Origin: Nitrospirota bacterium | GTDB taxonomy: Bacteria; Nitrospirota; UBA9217 | Assembly: GCA_963818475.1 (NCBI GenBank) | Contig: CAWFSF010000002.1 | Span: forward strand, 224,001 to 288,000 | Direction of reading: 5' to 3' | Length of the DNA: 64,000 bases | Shown: positions 24,882-34,658 of the stretch, in pieces | How the letters are laid out: the number at the start of each line of letters is the position of its first letter | Position numbering within the stretch: position 1 is the first letter of the stretch | Program-made: the position numbers and the translations under genes | Notes under the pieces: generated by a model | The model's database searches: none | Seen by the model: only the letters and a program-made list of their open reading frames with translations | What the model was told of the DNA's origin: nothing

Positions 24882-25607
24882 TTATACACGATTTACTTCA
24901 GAATGTGAAGACAGGCCTTTCTGGTGGGCAAAGTCCTCGGCCTTCCTGACAAACCCTTTCGCCAGCCCGGCAATGGCGCTCCAGTCCTTTGCCGCCACGA
25001 GCTCGCGCTTGATGATCGCTGCCCCGATGAGGATGCCTGCCGCGTCTGCAGCAAGATAGTGTGAGACATTGTCGAGCGTCGCCCCTCCGCACAGCAGGTA
25101 TCGCACAAAGGGCATCGGCCCCCTGATCGCTTTGAGGAAGGCGAGGCCGCCTATCTCGACAAAGGGGAAGAGCTTTATGATATCTCCGCCCGCCTTATGA
25201 GCCCGGTATATTTCCGTGGGCGTGCATGCGCCGGGAATCGAAGCACATCCTTCCTTTTTTGTGAACTTCACTACCTCTTCGTCGAAGTTGGGGCTCACCA
25301 TATAGGACGCGCCGGCTGCCAGCGCTTTTCTCGCATCATCAACAGAGAGGATCGTGCCGGCCCCGACCGTGACCCGTTCGTCTTTGCGCAGCCGCCTGAT
25401 CACGTCATCTGCCTGTGGCACCGAAAAGGTGACCTCGATGAACCTGATCCCGCCTTCCACGCACGCCAGAGCCGCTTGATAGGCATCCTCCGGGGTTTCG
25501 GTACGGACCGCTACCACTAACTGATGTTTCTTCAGGTTTGCTATAAGGACCTCTGCGTTTGACATCAGCTCCTCATCATGCTTTGCGGTAAATGATCCTT
25601 TAATCAC
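24882..25607 (-). CDS. eda: KDPG/KHG aldolase family protein
   Basis: GIRFIEVT, VGAGT, MVSP, PGACTPTEI, IIKLFP. Confidence 0.8.
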   Translation of the reverse strand: MIKGSFTAKHDEELMSNAEVLIANLKKHQLVVAVRTETPEDAYQAALACVEGGIRFIEVTFSVPQADDVIRRLRKDERVTVGAGTILSVDDARKALAAGASYMVSPNFDEEVVKFTKKEGCASIPGACTPTEIYRAHKAGGDIIKLFPFVEIGGLAFLKAIRGPMPFVRYLLCGGATLDNVSHYLAADAAGILIGAAIIKRELVAAKDWSAIAGLAKGFVRKAEDFAHQKGLSSHSEVNRV

Positions 25608-27159
25608 CTACTCCCACTCGATCGTGCTCGGCGGCTTGGACGAGATGTCGAGGACCACGCGGTTCACCCCTTTTACTTCGTTGATGATGCGGTTGGACAT
25701 GATGCCGAGCAGGTCATAGGGGATCTTGGCCCAGTCGGCGGTCATGCCGTCCTGGCTCGTGACCGCGCGGATGGCGACCACGTTCTCGTAGGTCCGCTCG
25801 TCGCCCATGACGCCCACGGTCTTGATCGGGAGCAGCACGGCAAAGGACTGCCAGATCTCCTTGTAGAGGCCGGCCTTCTTGATCTCCTCGATCACGATGG
25901 CGTCGGCCTCACGCAGTATTTTCAGCCGCGGCTCCGTCACCTCGCCCAGGATGCGGATGGCAAGACCCGGGCCCGGGAAGGGCTGGCGGTCGATGATGTC
26001 GTCGGGCATCTTCATCTCGCGGCCGATGGCGCGCACTTCGTCCTTGAACAGTTCCCGGAGCGGCTCCACCAGCTTCAGCTTCATCTTCTCGGGCAGACCG
26101 CCCACGTTGTGGTGCGACTTGATGATGGCCGACGGGCCCTTGAACGAAACGCTCTCGATCACGTCGGGATAGAGCGTGCCCTGCACCAGGAACCCGGCGC
26201 CGCCCACTGCATGCGCTTCCCGCTCAAAGACCTCGATAAAGGTGTTGCCGATGATCTTCCGCTTCTTCTCGGGGTCCTCGACTCCCTTGAGTTTGACAAG
26301 GAATTCCGCGGACGCGTCGACATACTTGAGGTTCAGCCCCATGTCCTTGAAGGAGTGCTGCACCTTCTCGGCCTCGTCCTTTCTGAGCACGCCGTTGTTC
26401 ACGAAGATGCAGGTGAGCTGTTTTCCGATCGCCTTGTGCACGAGCACGGCTGCTACGGAAGAATCAACGCCGCCGGACAGGCCGCAGACCGCCTGGTCCT
26501 TGCCCACGGCCTTGCGGATCTCGCCGACGGAATAGTCCACAAAGGATGCCATGGTCCAGGTCGGTTCGCATTTGCAGATCCCGTACACGAAGTTCCGGAG
26601 GATCTGGACGCCCTGCGGCGTATGCACCACCTCGGGGTGGAACTGGACGCCGTAGAATTTCCGTTTTTCATCCGCCATGGCCGCGGTCGGGGAGTTGTCC
26701 GTATGCGCAATGGCGGCAAAGCCTTCCGGCATTTTCTCGATGCGGTCGCCGTGGCTCATCCAGACCGTCGCCTTGCCGGCCTCTCCAATGGCTGCGAACA
26801 ATCCTTCGTTCTTATGGATATTAAGCTCTGCTCTGCCGAACTCGCGCTTTGTGGATTTCGCCACCTGCCCGCCGAGCACATGTGTCAGGAGCTGCATGCC
26901 GTAGCAGATGCCGAGCACCGGCACCCCGAGTCCGAGATGGGCCTTGGTCAATGAGTGGCGAACCTGCATCATAGACGCTCGAAGGGCCGCCCGACAGGAT
27001 GAGCCCCTTCGGATTGAAGGCCTTGACCTTGTCGAGCCCCGCGTTGTAGGGGAATATTTCGCAATAGACCCTGGCCTCGCGCACCCGGCGGGCGATGAGC
27101 TGGGTGTACTGGGACCCGAAGTCGAGGATAAGGATTCGTTCACTATGGATATCGGACAC
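25608..27159 (-). CDS. guaA: GMP synthase (frameshift near 26950)
   Basis: [52 protein letters not shown]. Confidence 0.97.
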
Positions 27160-27248
27160 AAGGAGCTCCTTTCAAATGCTGAAGTGGTGCCATATTACCC
27201 CATGTAGCGAAGACCTGTCAATCTGAACATGGAGTGAAAAAACTCGCC

Positions 27249-27278
27249 TTGACAAGCCGCGACGGCACCGTTTATTAT
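27249..27278 (+). promoter_or_regulatory. Promoter of HD gene, probably leaderless
   Basis: TTGACA-18 nt-TATTAT, in-frame ATG 6 nt downstream, no SD. Confidence 0.5.
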
Positions 27279-27284
27279 AGGTCC

Positions 27285-28046
27285 ATGGGTCAATTCTACC
27301 AAGAACTCAGGGACCTGGCACACCAGCTTGCACGGGCCCTTCCCCGCCCCTCGTTCTATACCGAACACGCTTCCCAGGTGCGTCGTGCCGAAGAGTCCCT
27401 GGGGCGCCACGAGTTCATTCTGCGCTGCCGGACTTACCTCGATGAATCCCTGCTGGAATGCGCCCACGGACTGTGCCACTGCGAAGCCGTGGCCCGCGAT
27501 GCGGGAACGATCGTCCTTGTCGAGGCCGAGCAATCAAACATGGGATTCCCCGACCGGGAACGCCTTTTTACCGCTTCCATTGTCGCCGGCCTCCTGCATG
27601 ACATTAAGCGGAAGGAACAGGACCATGCGGTCCGGGGGAGCATCGAGGCTGAAAAGATCCTTTCGAGGCTCGGCATGGACCTGCGCGAACGCCAGTATAT
27701 TGCGGACGCCATCAGGAACCATGAAGCCTTTCAGGAGACCTTTGAACGGGACGATGCGGCGGGGCAGCTGGTGAGCGATGCGCTCTATGACGCCGACAAG
27801 TTCAGGTGGGGGCCCGAAAACTTCACCACCACGCTCTGGCTCATGGTCGAGTCTCACCACACGCCGCCGGAATCACTGCATCGGACCTTTAAGGAAAAGA
27901 TGAAGGGTATCGAACGGATCAAGGAAACCTTCCGGACCGATACCGGCAAGCGGTTCGGCCCGGAGTTCATTGACCAGGGAATTGCCATCGGAAATGCCAT
28001 CTATGACAAAATGAGCGAGATGCTGAAAAGATCAGATGTCAGATGA
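27285..28046 (+). CDS. HD-domain phosphohydrolase
   Basis: HG..H, GLLHDI, HA, IRNHE, LYDADK. Confidence 0.82.
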   Translation: MGQFYQELRDLAHQLARALPRPSFYTEHASQVRRAEESLGRHEFILRCRTYLDESLLECAHGLCHCEAVARDAGTIVLVEAEQSNMGFPDRERLFTASIVAGLLHDIKRKEQDHAVRGSIEAEKILSRLGMDLRERQYIADAIRNHEAFQETFERDDAAGQLVSDALYDADKFRWGPENFTTTLWLMVESHHTPPESLHRTFKEKMKGIERIKETFRTDTGKRFGPEFIDQGIAIGNAIYDKMSEMLKRSDVR

Positions 28047-28150
28047 CAGACTGAGAAGCAGACGGCAGAAGCCAGACTTTCAAAGAACAGGCCGAGTCAT
28101 AAGTCCGAGTCTGTCTTCTGTTATCTGTCCCCTGTGCTCTCTTCTGATTC
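28030..28150. repeat. Inverted 7-nt periodic repeat between convergent genes
   Basis: tcagatg-tcagatg-acagact ... tctgtct-tctgtta-tctgtcc-cctgtgc. Confidence 0.6.
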
Positions 28151-29037
28151 CCGTAAACCTTCCTCATAACTGCATCTGCCTGTTCCTTGCGCGCATCGAG
28201 TACGCCTTCCCTGAACTTGAGGGTTTCCTCGGCGAACATGGCCGATCGAAGCCACTCATAGGCCAGCTTCAGTAGTTCAGCATCGTCGGTGCGGACCTTT
28301 TCGATGCGCTCCTCAGGAATATCGTACGTGGCGAGGAAGCTGCTTTCGAACACGAACGCGCGAAAGTAATCGGTGTCGGTGCTGGCCATGAAGAACATCC
28401 GGTTCTTGATCTCGGGAAACTCCCTCTCACCGAAGGACTTTTTCTTGATCAGAAGGTCCATCCAGCCGCGGTTTATGTCGTCGTACTGGTCCGCTCCCTG
28501 GTCCTTGCGCCATTCGGCGACGGTCCACTCCTTGTCCTCCTCGAAACCTTTGCAGTGATCTTCCTTGACCATGAAGTAGAACTCGTCCTTGCCGCCCTCT
28601 GCCTCTTTCTTCCTGAGTGTTGCCATTCCCACAGGGTAATAACGGCAGTTGCTCGGCCGGTCTTCGTACACCGTGCAGCCATCGGGCGTGAGGAAGGGGC
28701 AGGTCTTTTTTTCATCGGCGCTCATTTTGAGCGTGATCACCGGGAGCAGGGTCTTGGCGAGGATCTCGATATCGCAATACTGGTTGATGAACTCCTCGGT
28801 CGTCAAACGGAGCCGTTTTCTGAGGCGCAGCAGGTCGTAAGGCGGCAGAACGATATTGATATTGCTGCAACAAGCTGTAAAGCACGACACACCTTTGTGG
28901 CAGCGGAACTTGAATCTGCTCGCTTCCGTCAGCTTGATCGGCACAACCTTGTCGCTCGCGCTCTTTTTAAGCGGCTCGACGTCAATATCCTCGGACACCA
29001 TTTTTTCCTTTTTCTTATCGTGCTTCTTCTCTTTCAT
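28039..29037 (-). CDS. YkgJ family Fe-S/cysteine-cluster protein (long form)
   Basis: FKFRCHKGVSCFTACC, CPFLTPDGCTVYEDRPSNCRYYP, HCKGF; C-terminus reads through a repeat. Confidence 0.85.
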   Translation of the reverse strand: MKEKKHDKKKEKMVSEDIDVEPLKKSASDKVVPIKLTEASRFKFRCHKGVSCFTACCSNINIVLPPYDLLRLRKRLRLTTEEFINQYCDIEILAKTLLPVITLKMSADEKKTCPFLTPDGCTVYEDRPSNCRYYPVGMATLRKKEAEGGKDEFYFMVKEDHCKGFEEDKEWTVAEWRKDQGADQYDDINRGWMDLLIKKKSFGEREFPEIKNRMFFMASTDTDYFRAFVFESSFLATYDIPEERIEKVRTDDAELLKLAYEWLRSAMFAEETLKFREGVLDARKEQADAVMRKVYGNQKRAQGTDNRRQTRTYDSACSLKVWLLPSASQSVI

Positions 29038-29112
29038 TGCATCCCTCTCAGCCAGGTTTAAGCCTGTCTCTTTTTTATTCCGAAATCCGCATTCCGCAAT
29101 CCGCATTCGGGA

Positions 29113-29607
29113 CTACTTCATCCAGCTCTGGATCTCCTCATGCTGTTTTATGAAAAGCTCGACCCCTTCGTGGTCAGGACCGAGAATTCTCTTGAACCGC
29201 TCAAGCGCTTCATAAAACGGCATCTCACGGGTGCCGCTGATCAGATTGTCGGCATAGGAAACGATCTTCTCTTCCGGGGTGATCGGTAGATATTCCTTGC
29301 AGGGAAGTCCAAGCCGCGCGGCTTCGGACGCTGTTATGCCAGCTCCGATATGGCGTTCAATGATCAGTACGAGGTGGTCCGAAAAACCGAGGCTCTTCGC
29401 GATCTCAACGCCTGCCACGGCGTGTTCTATGCCATGCGTCCGGGACCGGCCGATATCATGAAGCAGTCCCCCGAGGCGGACCAATTCCCGGTCCACCGGC
29501 TCCTTTACTTGTTCTGCAATGGAGCCTGCCATATTCGAGACCTTTTGACAGTGAGCAACAACATCCGCCGAACAACCGGCCTTTATCAGCACATCAACCT
29601 TACTCAT
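29113..29607 (-). CDS. HDIG-domain metal-dependent phosphohydrolase
   Basis: VVAHC, LLHDIGRS, H...HA, IERHIGAG, EEKIVSYADNL. Confidence 0.85.
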   Translation of the reverse strand: MSKVDVLIKAGCSADVVAHCQKVSNMAGSIAEQVKEPVDRELVRLGGLLHDIGRSRTHGIEHAVAGVEIAKSLGFSDHLVLIIERHIGAGITASEAARLGLPCKEYLPITPEEKIVSYADNLISGTREMPFYEALERFKRILGPDHEGVELFIKQHEEIQSWMK

Positions 29608-29763
29608 AAGCCCGAGAATAATACCATAATTCTGTGAAATTACAAGGCAAGAATCAGGAGATCTCACCAAATCGTGGGCCTTCCCATCAGAAAATACCTC
29701 AGTTTATCATACAATTATCGCTCGACCATCCATGTACGAACCTTCATGTGTCAACTGCCGTTT

Positions 29764-30405
29764 TCAGGATGAAGCGCCTTTTTCCATGAGGGCGGCCAGC
29801 TTCGACCAATCAAAGGAGAGCAGGTTCATGATCTGTGCGCGGATCGTCCTTATCGCGCCTGGGACGTCCCCTTCCCTTTTGAGGTTATAGAAAGGGAGGA
29901 CCGCGGTAAAAGCACGGTCAAGGTAATCAGGGTCCGGCTGCAGGACGTCATCGCGCCTCGTATAATAGGGGTCTTCTCCGACCGCGCAGGGAGCGGTGAA
30001 CACATTGAACTGCCTGCACCCGATCGGCCTGACCGGATGAATAGCACAGGAATTATCGATCAGGAACGGACAGCCCGAAGCGGCCGCGTCGACAGCAAGC
30101 CGGTTCCTCAGCAGGTCCCGTGTAGTACCGGTGATCTTTTCCGATGCATACCAGTAGATCCCGACGATTTCATGGGGATACAGGGGAAGGTCCTTTTGAT
30201 GCACGCAGCAGTTGCCGCATCCTTTCCCGCAGGCCAGTTTTTTCTTCCGCCTTTTCTCAGTGTTTCTCACCGCGACTGCCACCCCGGTATCCGCAATCGC
30301 GTATGCATCAAGAAGCAGGCTAAGCCACGGAAGACGCCGCTCTTCAGCGGGAAAATGCAGGCGGCGCGATAGGCCGGAAGTAGCATGATTCTTGTTTTTT
30401 TTCAT
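29764..30405 (-). CDS. YkgJ family cysteine-cluster protein
   Basis: ACGKGCGNCC, CPFLIDNSCAIHPVRPIGCRQF. Confidence 0.85.
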   Translation of the reverse strand: MKKNKNHATSGLSRRLHFPAEERRLPWLSLLLDAYAIADTGVAVAVRNTEKRRKKKLACGKGCGNCCVHQKDLPLYPHEIVGIYWYASEKITGTTRDLLRNRLAVDAAASGCPFLIDNSCAIHPVRPIGCRQFNVFTAPCAVGEDPYYTRRDDVLQPDPDYLDRAFTAVLPFYNLKREGDVPGAIRTIRAQIMNLLSFDWSKLAALMEKGASS

Positions 30406-30655
30406 TTTTCATTCCATTAAAGCACGTTCGGAGGACGGACTGGATAATAAGCGGTCTTTGCATCCCTGCTTTTTGGCAGATTATGGGAGATTTTTGTGTG
30501 CCATCGGAAAATCTCTCACGCAGATCTCCCGAGTTGCTGCCAGAAATGTTTCCCTGAGTATGAAGAATACAACTCTTGATCGCAGCGGGCAAGGGGAAAT
30601 AGGCTCCCCGATACAGTGCCCATGCCGCCTCTGCTGATAATCGAACATCGTAAAT

Positions 30656-30684
30656 AAAAAGGGGCTGGCTTACAGCCAGCCCCT
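30656..30684 (-). terminator. Intrinsic terminator after hppA
   Basis: ggggctggct-gta-agccagcccc followed by T5 on minus strand. Confidence 0.8.
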
Positions 30685-30710
30685 CGTACGATCTTTGGAA
30701 CGAATACTGC

Positions 30711-32799
30711 TTACTTGATCAACGGAACGATCAGGAGTGCAACGATGTTGATGACCTTGATCATCGGGTTGATGGCCGGACCTGCGGTGTCCTTGTAAGG
30801 ATCGCCGACCGTGTCGCCCGTGACCGAGGCCTTGTGTCCGTCGCTGCCCTTCTTGTGCACAACGCCCTTGCTGTCCGTGACGCCGTCTTCAAAGGACTTC
30901 TTGGCATTGTCCCATGCGCCGCCGCCTGAGGTCATGGCGATGGCCTGGAACAGACCGGTCACAATGGCGCCGATGAGCACGCCGCCGAGGGCTTCTTTGC
31001 CCAGGAGGAGACCCACCACGACCGGAACAACCACCGGAATGAGCGCCGGGAGCATCATCTCATTGATGGCGCTCTTGGTCACGATGTCAACGCACTTGCC
31101 ATACTGGGGCTTGCCGGTGCCTTCCATGATGCCCGGGATCTCGCGGAACTGTCTGCGAACTTCTTCCACCACGCCGCCTGCAGCCTTAGCAACGGACTCC
31201 ATGAGGAGCGCGCCGAAGTAGTAGGGGAGCATGCCGCCGATGAACAGGCCGCAAAGGACCATGGGGTTCGAAAGATCGAACAGGATCGTTGAGCCGAAGG
31301 AACGTGAATATTCCGAGAACAGCACCAAAGCGGCAAGAGCTGCGGAGCCGATGGCATAGCCCTTGGTCACTGCCTTGGTGGTGTTGCCGACCGCATCGAG
31401 AGGATCGGTGATGTCGCGGATGGCCTGGGGAAGTCCGGCCATTTCAGCGACGCCGCCCGCATTGTCCGTGATCGGACCGTAGGAGTCGATTGCCACGACG
31501 ATGCCGGTCATGGAAAGCATGGACACGGCTGCAAGCGCGATGGCGAAGATGCCGCCCGAGGCCGCGTTCTCTGCACCGGAGAATCCGCCGCCAAGCCAGT
31601 ATGCGCCGAGGATCGAAGCAACGATCACGAGCACCGGCGCTGCGGTGGACTTCATGCTGACTGCGAGTCCGGCGATCACGTTCGTGCCGTGGCCGGTGAG
31701 GCTCGCCTGTGCAATGTGCTGCACCGGGGCCGTACTCTTTAGCAGTGAAATACTCGGTGATCCACACGATCAGGCCGGTGAGGGCAAGACCGATGAGGGA
31801 GATGAAGAACACGGTGTTCGCCGTGAATACGCCGGCATTGGCACCGAGGCTGTCGATAAAGCTCTTGGATACGAAGTAGAACGCTACTGCCGCGATAACG
31901 CCTGCAACGGCGAGGCCCTTGTACAAGGCGCCCATGATGTAGTTGGTCTTGCCGAGTCTTACGAAGTAGGTGCCGACGATGGAAGCGATGATCGAAACGC
32001 CGCCGAGCATAAGCGGGAACTCGATCCAGGGGCTGTCCGCGCCGAACACGGTCTTGGCGAGGAGCATGGCGGCCACGAGGGTCACCGTGTAGGTCTCATA
32101 GAGGTCGGCGGCCATACCAGCACAGTCGCCAACGTTGTCGCCAACGTTGTCGGCGATGACGGCCGGGTTGCGCGGGTCGTCTTCGGGGATGTTCTTCTCA
32201 ACCTTACCCACAAGGTCGGCGCCCACGTCAGCAGCCTTGGTGTAGATGCCGCCGGCGATACGGGCGAACACGCTCATGAGCGAGCAGCCGAAGCCGAGTC
32301 CGATAAGAGCAGTGGATACCTCTTCGGCCGGGGCCATGGATTTCGCGACAAAGTAAAAGCCGGCAAGGCCGATGATGCCGAGACCCACGACCATGATACC
32401 GGTCACGGAGCCGCCCTTGAATGCGAGGCTGAGCGCGGCCTGAAGGCCTTTGCTCGCTGCTGCTGCCGTACGCACGTTCGCGCGGAGCGACACCCACATG
32501 CCGATGAAACCGGCAAGGGCGGAACCCACGGTGCCGATGATGAATCCTGCTGCTGCCCACATCCCGAGTTTGGGAACGAAGGCCAGGACAAGCACCAGAA
32601 CTGCTGCGACCATTGCAACGGTCTTGTACTCGCGCGCCAGGAACGCATTAGCGCCTTCCTTCACCGCATTGGAAATGTCGATCATCTTCTGATTGCCTGC
32701 ATCCTGCTTGTTCACCCAGATCGCGGTTATGATGCCGTAAATAACTCCGGCAATGCCGCATCCCAGGGCAAAAAGAATCGTCATACTCATGTTACTCAT
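30711..32799 (-). CDS. hppA: Membrane proton-translocating pyrophosphatase (frameshift near 31725)
   Basis: [52 protein letters not shown]. Confidence 0.96.
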
Positions 32800-32932
32800 T
32801 AGTTCTCCTCCTTATAAGATTAGGTTAAACAATGCCCATGGAACATCTATCGAATAAAACTCTTTACCCAGAACTTCCTGCTGACCTGATTCCTCTTCCG
32901 GCATCCCCCCTTGCTTCACGTTTAAAACCGGC

Positions 32933-33370
32933 TTATGCTTCGAATTTTCCGCCGATGAAATCCTTCAGATAATGGTTCTCGGCCTTCAGGTTCTTCACCA
33001 GAACCCGCACCACATCGCGCATGGAGAGGAGGCCCAGCAAACCGTTTTCCTCGATCACGGGCAAGTGACGGATGTTGTTCTGGATCATGATCGCCATGAC
33101 GTAGTCAAGGTCATCAGCCGGTTTCACCACAAGGAGATTGGCGCTCATGACGTCCTTGATCAGGACCTGCTTCATGGCGAGCCCTTCACCAGCAGCGTTC
33201 TTCACAATGTCGCGCTCGGTGACGATCCCGACGAGCGACCCGCGGTCCATGACCAGCAGTGCACCGATATTGCACTCGGCCATTTGCTTGGCCGCTGCCT
33301 GGAGCGTGTCCGAGCTGTTGATGCTGAAGCACTCGAGACCCTTGATGCTTAAGAGTTCTTTGACTTTCAT
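32933..33370 (-). CDS. Stand-alone CBS-pair protein
   Basis: NIGALLV..GIVTERD, IRHLPV..GLLSMRD. Confidence 0.9.
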   Translation of the reverse strand: MKVKELLSIKGLECFSINSSDTLQAAAKQMAECNIGALLVMDRGSLVGIVTERDIVKNAAGEGLAMKQVLIKDVMSANLLVVKPADDLDYVMAIMIQNNIRHLPVIEENGLLGLLSMRDVVRVLVKNLKAENHYLKDFIGGKFEA

Positions 33371-33425
33371 GGCTTACTCCGACTTATGCGCAGGGGGCAG
33401 GTTTAAAACCTGCCTCTTCGTGTTC

Positions 33426-34586
33426 CTATTTTCGGCCTGACTGCCGTGCGAACACCATTGCCGTGGTGCGATAGAACAGATGCGCGAACTTGGAATAGGG
33501 CGCATAGGCAAACAACGACCAGATGAACACGAGGTGGAAGTAATAGACCAGGTAACCGGCTTCCATATCAGCCAGCCGGAGCGCCCACGAGAGCATGCCC
33601 GTTGCGCCGACGCCGATCACGATGGCGAGGAAGATCCAGTCGAAATAGGAACCCAGACCCGCTTTGCCGGCCTGTGCAAGCCGGTTGATCAGGATGATCA
33701 CAACGCCGACTGCGAAAGCGATGGAACTGGCCAGCGCGAGCATCTTCATGGGATCGCTCATGGGATAGGGCGCTTCGCCGAAATGGAAGGGGCCGAAGGC
33801 CTGGATGCCGAGGAATTCCCAGCCGTAGAGATACGCGATCGCCCAGGTCGTGGTCACGGCAAGTCCGGCAAACGCATAAAAGAGCGCCATGTGGCCCCAC
33901 TGCCGGAGCCGGTTCACGTTGCAGTCTGCGAACTTGGAGTGAGCCAGGATGGTCGTGACGGAAGCGATGATGTCACCGACAAGGCTGCCGCTGGATTTTA
34001 CGTCGCCTGCCTGCGCCTTCATGCCGTTCCAGAGCTTCTTGATGCCAAAAAAGGCTGATACTGCGGCAAAGATCGCCGTGAGGATAAAGACCGTATCGAT
34101 CACCGGCACGGGAACAAATTTGTGATAGGCCATGATGTTGCCTTCAGCCCGCGGGGCGGTAAAGCTGCCGTTCCCCAGCACCGTCAGGATCACATACCAC
34201 AGCGCCATGGGAATGCCGAACAAAAGCCAGATGAGCTTGGGGTCCGTTGCGATCTTCGCGAACAAAGGCACCATGGCCACATGCTTGATGCTCTGTTTGC
34301 GGATAGCGTTCAGCACCTCGCCCGGCTTGGCGCCGCGCGGACAGTAGGCCGTACAGTCGCTGCACTGATGGCAGAGCCAGACATCGGCGCTCGTGATGAG
34401 CTTGTCCTTCTGGCCCCACTGCGCCAGGACCATCTCTTTGCGCGGGAAGGGGTTCCCTTCCGGCGTCACATTGCAGACCACCGAGCAGGTGGCGCACTGG
34501 TAGCACTTCTTCAGCGACTCACCGCCGCCTTTTATGATCTCGTTCACGAATTGTAAATCAGGTTTGATAACTGTTGCTTCTGACAT
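33426..34586 (-). CDS. qmoC: Quinone-interacting membrane-bound oxidoreductase subunit C
   Basis: CYQCATCSVVC and CHQCSDCTAYCP ferredoxin domain plus heme b TM domain ending YAPYSKFAH; GGAGG plus ATG 34586. Confidence 0.93.
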   Translation of the reverse strand: MSEATVIKPDLQFVNEIIKGGGESLKKCYQCATCSVVCNVTPEGNPFPRKEMVLAQWGQKDKLITSADVWLCHQCSDCTAYCPRGAKPGEVLNAIRKQSIKHVAMVPLFAKIATDPKLIWLLFGIPMALWYVILTVLGNGSFTAPRAEGNIMAYHKFVPVPVIDTVFILTAIFAAVSAFFGIKKLWNGMKAQAGDVKSSGSLVGDIIASVTTILAHSKFADCNVNRLRQWGHMALFYAFAGLAVTTTWAIAYLYGWEFLGIQAFGPFHFGEAPYPMSDPMKMLALASSIAFAVGVVIILINRLAQAGKAGLGSYFDWIFLAIVIGVGATGMLSWALRLADMEAGYLVYYFHLVFIWSLFAYAPYSKFAHLFYRTTAMVFARQSGRK

Positions 34587-34598
34587 AGATATCCTCCA

Positions 34599-34657
34599 TA
34601 GATTCGGTTCGGATCGGGTTTTCATTCCGCAATCCGAAATCCGCAATCCGAAATCGA
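34599..34657. repeat. 7-nt periodic repeat between qmoB and qmoC
   Basis: attccgc-aatccga-aatccgc-aatccga-aatcg with short opposite arm ttcggttcggat. Confidence 0.65.
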
Positions 34658-34658
34658 T

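Noticed and set aside
34587-34646. N-terminal extensions MRISDCG/MRIAECG on qmoC and YkgJ, and ORF 8761-8964
   Set aside because: Translations of the heptamer repeats; better starts lie downstream (qmoC has a clear GGAGG SD).
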